This document shows positions 58,602-64,000 of a DNA stretch of 64,000 nucleotides, in pieces; positions within the stretch are counted from its first letter, which is position 1; every line of letters starts with the position of its first letter. The DNA comes from Candidatus Pyrohabitans jungbluthii. Lineage in GTDB: Archaea > Hydrothermarchaeota > Hydrothermarchaeia > Hydrothermarchaeales > BMS3B. The translations under genes and the position numbers were made by a program. The notes beneath the pieces were generated by a model. The model had not been told where the DNA came from. It did not search any database and saw nothing but the letters and a program-made list of their open reading frames with translations. The stretch covers positions 1 through 64,000 of the forward strand of contig MTMD02000001.1 of assembly GCA_002010065.2 (NCBI GenBank). The letters are read 5' to 3'.

Positions 58602-59057
58602 TTAATGGCATCCCTTCTCACAGGTCTCGCGGGCGAACTCCTCCTCGCGCACGCCTATATGCTCCTCCCTTGCCAGAACCTCCCCGCTCACAGGGTCAAC
58701 GTAGACAACCATTGCATTTATGCTTCCTAAGCCTGCGCACCCGCACTTTCGCTCCATAATCTCCACCCGCCAGAGGTAGCGTCCCACCTCAGGCTTGAAC
58801 TCCAGCACAGCGCGCTCCACTCGCAGCGATGCGTTCTCAAAATGCTCCTCCGCAAATTTTATAAACTCCTCATCCTCGCTGGCGATGCGTACTGCTTCCT
58901 CGCTGGATATGGGGATGTGCACACTCGAGTTAAGCTTCTCAAGCTGTGCACTTAGCTGCGCCACCTCCCCGCTAACGCGTGCATAATTAAAAAGCAACCC
59001 ACCGGTTAAAAGCGCAAAGGCTACTATCACTACAGCAAGAGTTTTATTTTCCACCAT
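58602..59057 (-). CDS. Membrane-anchored hypothetical protein (PepSY-like)
   Basis: N-terminal TM helix, ISSEEAVRIA...W.V...VDPVSGEV; CGC and terminal CEKGCH. Confidence 0.65.
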   Translation of the reverse strand: MVENKTLAVVIVAFALLTGGLLFNYARVSGEVAQLSAQLEKLNSSVHIPISSEEAVRIASEDEEFIKFAEEHFENASLRVERAVLEFKPEVGRYLWRVEIMERKCGCAGLGSINAMVVYVDPVSGEVLAREEHIGVREEEFARETCEKGCH

Positions 59058-59058
59058 C

Positions 59059-59316
59059 TCAGGCTCTCGGGATACCGCCCTCGTTGATTATGAGCACATC
59101 CTTCACCGCCTTAACTGCAGTGAAGGGTATAAGGATTTCACCCCGCTCATTCAGCCTGAAGTACTTCGGGTCCACATCTTTGCCCGGCTTAACTATGAGC
59201 ATCATCACTTTGCCCGCGACGGTCTCAATGCTTATGTCAGTAAGCCTGCCTATAACTGTTCCGCGGTCACTAACCACATTCCTCCCGATCAGGTCTCTCC
59301 CTGCAATCCTGCCCAT
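59059..59316 (-). CDS. PRC-barrel domain protein
   Basis: L.G..VV...G..IG.L.D.......G.V; IPF.AV.AV.D. Confidence 0.85.
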   Translation of the reverse strand: MGRIAGRDLIGRNVVSDRGTVIGRLTDISIETVAGKVMMLIVKPGKDVDPKYFRLNERGEILIPFTAVKAVKDVLIINEGGIPRA

Positions 59317-59351
59317 TCTCTCCTGCCTCCATGTCTAAATTTGCAAAGGCG

Positions 59352-59771
59352 CTACTTAAAGCTTAGCCCTCTCCTTGCTGCGGATATTATGTCGCTAAGG
59401 GTAATTATACCCTCTGGCATCTGAGTCAGCTCGGTTTTGCCTTTTGCACCCTTAACCACAAAAAGCCTGCTCACCCTGTTCTCCCTCATCAGCTTCGCTG
59501 CCTCAAGAAGCGTCGCATCAGGGTCTATTCCAAAAAAGCTAGTGCTCATTATCTCCTCAACCTTCGCCTCCTTGCTTATACCCCTGCTCAGGGCACGCAC
59601 CATGTCTGTATCTGAAACAACCCCTACGGGCTTGCCCTCATTGTTCACCACGAGCAAGCCGGAGATGCCCTCGTTGCGCATTACGCGAGCGACGTCGCGC
59701 AGGCTCATACCCACCTCCACTGTGATAAGTGGCTTCCTGAGGAAATCTGAAACCTTGCTCTCCAGCATCAC
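59352..59771 (-). CDS. CBS-domain protein
   Basis: Two CBS repeats. Confidence 0.88.
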   Translation of the reverse strand: MMLESKVSDFLRKPLITVEVGMSLRDVARVMRNEGISGLLVVNNEGKPVGVVSDTDMVRALSRGISKEAKVEEIMSTSFFGIDPDATLLEAAKLMRENRVSRLFVVKGAKGKTELTQMPEGIITLSDIISAARRGLSFK

Positions 59772-59774
59772 AAC

Positions 59775-60188
59775 TCACTCCGCAATGTACCTCACCAGAT
59801 CAGAGGAGGTAAGTATTCCAACAGGGAGCTGGAGGTAGGGCTTTGAGAGGCTCGCCTTCTCCGGCCTCTCCTCCTTTACCACAAAGAGGCGGTGCACCCT
59901 CTCGCGCTCCATCACGCGGGCTGCCTTTTCCAAAGGTGCCTCCTCCTCAATTATAAGAGTAAAGGGCATCATCACCTCGCTCACCTTCGTGGTCTCAAGA
60001 TCCTTGCCCTTGATGATAGCGTCCAGCACGTCGGTATCTGATATTACACCCACCGTATCGCCGTCCTCGCTTACCACCGCAACGCCCGAGATTCTGTACT
60101 TCGCCATAACTCTTACCACATCGCTCAGCGTGGCGTTAATGTCGACGGTGTAAACCCCCCGCGTCATATAATCCTTAACCATCGCCAT
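59775..60188 (-). CDS. CBS-domain protein (paralogue of its neighbour)
   Basis: Two CBS repeats; shares ISG, GV.SDTD and RLFVVK with 59352-59771. Confidence 0.88.
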   Translation of the reverse strand: MAMVKDYMTRGVYTVDINATLSDVVRVMAKYRISGVAVVSEDGDTVGVISDTDVLDAIIKGKDLETTKVSEVMMPFTLIIEEEAPLEKAARVMERERVHRLFVVKEERPEKASLSKPYLQLPVGILTSSDLVRYIAE

Positions 60189-60192
60189 GCTC

Positions 60193-61767
60193 TCACATCT
60201 CCAGCTCCTTTACGCTGTAAACCCCAGGTATTGAAGCGATTTCCTTAACCACCTCTTTACCTACAGGCTGGTCCACGCTCAGCACCATAAGCTGCGTTTC
60301 GCCTTTCTCGCGTCTGCCCACCTGCATTGCTCCTATATTTATCTGTTTTTCCCCCAGAACCGTCGCCACTCTGCCTATCATCCCAGGCTTATCCTCATGC
60401 TTCACAATGAGCATCTTCCCGCTCGGGGTTAGCTCAATGGCGTACTCCTCTATGCCTGTGATTCTCACCTCGCCGCCAACGCTTGAGCCCTTGACCATGG
60501 TCTCGCCCTCGTCGGTCTTCACCCTGAGGATTATAAGGCTCTCGTACTTCTCTGCATCCTCCCGCTTTGCCTGGGTAATGCGTATATCGCGGTTTTTCGC
60601 CACCACAGGCGCGTTCAACAGGTTCACACCTTCTGTAAGAATGGGCGAGAGCAAACCTTTGAGAGCCGCATTGGTGAGCACCTCCTGGTGTTCCTCCTCC
60701 GCAAGGGCTCCACAGAAGGTCACCTCCACATCGCGAATCCTGCCAGAGACAAGCTGAATTGCGAAGTTGCCCAGTGCCTCTGCAAGCGCAAGGTGATCCT
60801 TGAGCTTATCCAGCACCTCCGGCGGAAGCCTGGGCATGTTCACCACATTGCGCGGAGGTTCGCCGCGAAGCACCTTGAGCACTTCCTCGCAGGCAATGAG
60901 CGAAGCATAGCGCTGCGCTTCTTCGGTTGAAGCACCCAGGTGAGGTGTAACTATGCAGTTGTCCAGCTCCAGGAGAGGGTTGCCGAATGGTGGCTCCTTC
61001 TCAAACACGTCAAGGGCAGCACCTGCCAGCTTACCTGAGCGCAGGGCATCGTAAAGCGCTGCCTCATCCACCACGCCCCCGCGGGCGGCGTTTATTAAGT
61101 ACGCCCCGTCCTTCATCTTGGCTATAGCTTCGGCATTTATCAGGTGCCTGGTCTGCTCCGTCAGGGGCACGTGGATGGTGATAAAATCGCTCCTCGCAAG
61201 AAGTTCGTCAAGCTCAACCACCTCAACGCCCAGCTCCTCTGCAAGCTTCTTTGAGATGTAGGGGTCGTAGGCTATGCAATGCATCTCAAAGGCTTTGGCC
61301 TTGCGCACCACCTGGGAGCCTATCCTACCCATCCCTATTACGCCCAGAGTTTTTCCGCGAAGCTCAATGCCCAGAAACTTCTTCTTCTCCCACTTACCTG
61401 CCTTGAGGCTGGCATTCGCCTGAGGTATTCGCCTTGCGAGAGCAAGCATTAAACCAATGGTATGCTCCGCTACGGTTATGGACGAAGCTTCGGGAGCGTT
61501 AACCACGATAATGCCACGCTCTGTCGCAGCCTTGATATCGATGTTGTCCACGCCCACGCCAGCTCTGCCTATAACCTTAAGGTTCTCAGCAGCTTCTATC
61601 ACGTCTCGGGTAACCTTTGTGGCACTCCTAACGAGAAGCCCATCTTTATCGCGAATCTTCTCAATAAGCTCCTCTTTGCTTAACCCAGTTGCAACCTCAA
61701 CCTCTGCATGCTGACGAAGAAGCTCTATCCCTGCCTCGTGGAGATGGTCGCTCACCAGTATCTTCAT
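60193..61767 (-). CDS. serA: D-3-phosphoglycerate dehydrogenase (with ASB and ACT domains)
   Basis: [27 protein letters not shown]; ATG at 61767 after GGAGG. Confidence 0.95.
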   Translation of the reverse strand: MKILVSDHLHEAGIELLRQHAEVEVATGLSKEELIEKIRDKDGLLVRSATKVTRDVIEAAENLKVIGRAGVGVDNIDIKAATERGIIVVNAPEASSITVAEHTIGLMLALARRIPQANASLKAGKWEKKKFLGIELRGKTLGVIGMGRIGSQVVRKAKAFEMHCIAYDPYISKKLAEELGVEVVELDELLARSDFITIHVPLTEQTRHLINAEAIAKMKDGAYLINAARGGVVDEAALYDALRSGKLAGAALDVFEKEPPFGNPLLELDNCIVTPHLGASTEEAQRYASLIACEEVLKVLRGEPPRNVVNMPRLPPEVLDKLKDHLALAEALGNFAIQLVSGRIRDVEVTFCGALAEEEHQEVLTNAALKGLLSPILTEGVNLLNAPVVAKNRDIRITQAKREDAEKYESLIILRVKTDEGETMVKGSSVGGEVRITGIEEYAIELTPSGKMLIVKHEDKPGMIGRVATVLGEKQINIGAMQVGRREKGETQLMVLSVDQPVGKEVVKEIASIPGVYSVKELEM

Positions 61768-61830
61768 CCTGAACCTCCTGCGTCTGAATTTTTCATATAA
61801 TGGGGTGCGGTGGTATTTAAAATATTCTCT

Positions 61831-61955
61831 GAATAGGGGCGCCTTCCCCGCCCCTATCACCCCTTCCGTACCAGTAAGGGCGCCTTCCCCGCTTCGTCAC
61901 CCGGAACCGAGTTCCGGGCAACCCCTATCACCCCATCCTCACCAAGGCGCCGCAC
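61831..61955 (-). repeat. 43-nt hairpin repeat family, locus 2: one partial unit, one unit with a 28-nt hairpin insertion, one full unit
   Basis: Minus-strand unit TGGTACGGAAGGGGTGATAGGGGCGGGGAAGGCGCCCCTATTC aligns without gaps to the units at 53801-53886. Confidence 0.85.
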
Positions 61956-62051
61956 ATACAGGAGAAGTAAAAGCCGGCAGCAGAAAAATTTATAAGCCAC
62001 TTACGTGTTGTTAACCACAGGATAAATCAAGGTTAACGAAGGTGGTGAGGA

Positions 62052-62852
62052 ATGTTCATAAGCGAGAACGCAAGGCTCAACTTTTTCAGGTGGCGGTACG
62101 AGGCAGAGTTCTACTACAAGCTTGCTCTTGCCTTTACCTTTGCCGGGCTCACCGGCATTGGGGCGCAGGCGAAGCTATACCTTCCCTTCACCCCTGTGCC
62201 AATAACAGGACAGGTGTTCTTTGTGCTCCTGAGCGGCGTTGTGCTGGGCAGGAATTACGGCGCGTTGAGCATGGCGCTCTACGCAGCGCTTGGTGCTTTA
62301 GGTGTACCCTGGTTCGCCGGGGGTAAGGCTGGAGTAGAGGTGCTCCTGGGCGCAACCGGAGGCTACATCCTCGGCTTCATCCTTGCTTCATACCTGATTG
62401 GCTACTTCACCGACACCTACATAAGCTCTCGAAGCCTAGCCTCGCAGCTCGGGCTAATGTTCGCTGGCGTTGGGATAATCTACACTCTTGGCGCAGTGCA
62501 GCTCGCTCACGTGGCGAAGCTGAGCACTGGCGAGGCTCTAGCTAAAGGGGTGCTCCCATTCATCCCGGGCGATATACTAAAGGCCCTCGCCGCAGTAGCA
62601 ATTTCCACAGCGGTCCTGCCTAAGGCAAGCTATGCCCAGGAAAAAGACGCAGGTGCACAGAGCGCAGGAAGAGCAAGGCTCTACCTCAGCGCCATCGCAG
62701 CAACGGCGGCTGCTTTCTTCCTGGCACTCTTCTGGATAAAACTCTTGGGACTCAAAAGCGCGAGCGTGGCGGAGCTTCTGTGGTATTCGCTGACCTACTC
62801 CGCAGCGGTGCTCCTGTGCGCCGGAAGCGCAGCCTACCTGGCGAAGAGGTAG
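62052..62852 (+). CDS. bioY: Biotin transporter BioY
   Basis: PFTPVPITGQ, G.P.FAG, TGGYILGF, PFIPGD..K. Confidence 0.9.
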   Translation: MFISENARLNFFRWRYEAEFYYKLALAFTFAGLTGIGAQAKLYLPFTPVPITGQVFFVLLSGVVLGRNYGALSMALYAALGALGVPWFAGGKAGVEVLLGATGGYILGFILASYLIGYFTDTYISSRSLASQLGLMFAGVGIIYTLGAVQLAHVAKLSTGEALAKGVLPFIPGDILKALAAVAISTAVLPKASYAQEKDAGAQSAGRARLYLSAIAATAAAFFLALFWIKLLGLKSASVAELLWYSLTYSAAVLLCAGSAAYLAKR

Positions 62853-62858
62853 CCTGAG

Positions 62859-64000
62859 TCAGACCCGCCTCAGGGCGGAAGTCTTCTGTTCGATATACCT
62901 CTCCAGGAGCTCCCCCTTTTTCTTCAACTCTTTATCCTTCTCCTCCAGGAGCTTCTTAAGCTCCCTAACCTCCTCCTCCAGCTTTTCCTTTTCCTCTAGG
63001 AGTGAGGAGTACTTCTTCTCAAGCTGCTTTGCGCTCTTGTATGCGCTTGCCTCTATCCTGCTGAAGATCTTCTCCGCCGTTGCTGTGGCGTTCTTTATAA
63101 GCTGGCCAGCCTGGGAAAGAAACTCCGTCCTTGCCTCTCTGCCCTCCCTGACTCCCGGCGCAGTGCCAACGCCAAGCTTTGCATCCTCGAGGTACTCTAT
63201 CGCAACCCTCAAGAAGGAAACGCACCTCTCCACATCCCCATCAATCCCATCAACGCTCGCAGAAAGGGTGTACAGCTTCTTTATAGACTGAGAGGCGCCC
63301 TCAATGGCGATATCCACCTGCTTTGCGCTGTACTTCCTGAAGCAGGCTTCAACACCCTTCGCAGCCTTCCCCAGCGCTGCGAAGACCTCCTTCTCCAGCT
63401 CCTTAAGCTCCTTCTCAACCTTCACCGACTCCTGGAGCAGCTTCTGCTTTAAGCGAGAATTCTCATTTTTCAGCATCTCCATCTCCGCGCTCAGCTTCGC
63501 AAGCTCTCTGCGCAGCCTCTCAATCTCGACATCCCTCTCCTTCTGCTCTCTAACGGCGCTGTCCACCCTGCCATAGAGGAGCAGGTTCTCCTTTTCCAAA
63601 GTCTTGCACTTCTCCTCATACTGCTCCAGCTTCTGCACCTTTGCTTTGAGTTCCTCGAAGGCTTTGCTTTTCAACGCTGCCTCCTCACGAAGCGAATGGT
63701 ACTCCTTCGCAAGCTTTGCCAGCTCCTCCTTCTCCTGGGTGAGGCTCTCAAGCTCCGTCCTGTACTGGGAAAGCGCTGCCTCCTGCTCGCTGAATTTCTG
63801 CTTCAGCTTTTCATGCTCGCCCTTCAGGGCCTCAAATTCATAAAGCTTCGCGAGCATCCGCTCAATTTCCTTCTCCATCCGGGAGTTCTCTTCCAGCAGA
63901 GCTTTAATCTTGCCTCTCGCCTCCTCAAGCTCCTTCGCATTTTTCTCATTCTCTGCGGTAAGGCTGGTGATTTGTTCCTTCGCCGCCTCAAGCTGGGCCT
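62859..64000 (-). CDS. Long coiled-coil protein; 5' end outside the window
   Basis: E/K/L-rich heptads; the frame stays open from 63878 to the window edge. Confidence 0.8.
   Translation of the reverse strand, partial: AQLEAAKEQITSLTAENEKNAKELEEARGKIKALLEENSRMEKEIERMLAKLYEFEALKGEHEKLKQKFSEQEAALSQYRTELESLTQEKEELAKLAKEYHSLREEAALKSKAFEELKAKVQKLEQYEEKCKTLEKENLLLYGRVDSAVREQKERDVEIERLRRELAKLSAEMEMLKNENSRLKQKLLQESVKVEKELKELEKEVFAALGKAAKGVEACFRKYSAKQVDIAIEGASQSIKKLYTLSASVDGIDGDVERCVSFLRVAIEYLEDAKLGVGTAPGVREGREARTEFLSQAGQLIKNATATAEKIFSRIEASAYKSAKQLEKKYSSLLEEKEKLEEEVRELKKLLEEKDKELKKKGELLERYIEQKTSALRRV

Noticed and set aside
61768-61860. N-terminal extension of SerA given by the ORF track
   Set aside because: It starts inside the repeat and crosses a TATA-like box; ATG 61767 has an RBS and the typical MKILVSD start.

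Overview
Archaeal chromosome segment, probably from an anaerobic, CO-oxidising lineage. Evidence: class I LysRS, CarS, Kae1/Bud32, archease-RtcB, aEF-1beta, CooS, por operon and GGAGGTGA-type RBSs. A Hydrothermarchaeota-like origin is my guess and is not established. Most of the window is GC-rich housekeeping genes (lysS, trpS, proS, purD, argF, pyrE, aroA, pdxST, serA, porCDAB) with many stand-alone receiver and CBS proteins. Main points of interest: (1) an AT-rich island at ~6.3-12.5 kb carrying a compact four-gene operon (YaaA/DUF6884-like protein, UvrD helicase with a CTG start, Fe-S PD-(D/E)XK nuclease, DpdA-type transglycosylase) that looks like a minimal 7-deazaguanine DNA modification/restriction variant; (2) a DIP1984-like coiled-coil gene followed directly by a ~180-nt structured non-coding element with eight 7-nt repeats, a candidate protein-RNA system; (3) a 43-nt hairpin repeat family with a compensatory base change, in tandem at two intergenic loci of opposite orientation; (4) a circularly permuted FrhB/FdhB-family gene coupled to the por operon; (5) orphan cas6 and solo cas4-like genes with no CRISPR array. 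I saw no rRNA, tRNA, CRISPR array or intact transposase. All family assignments come from motif recognition by eye; no database searches were run.
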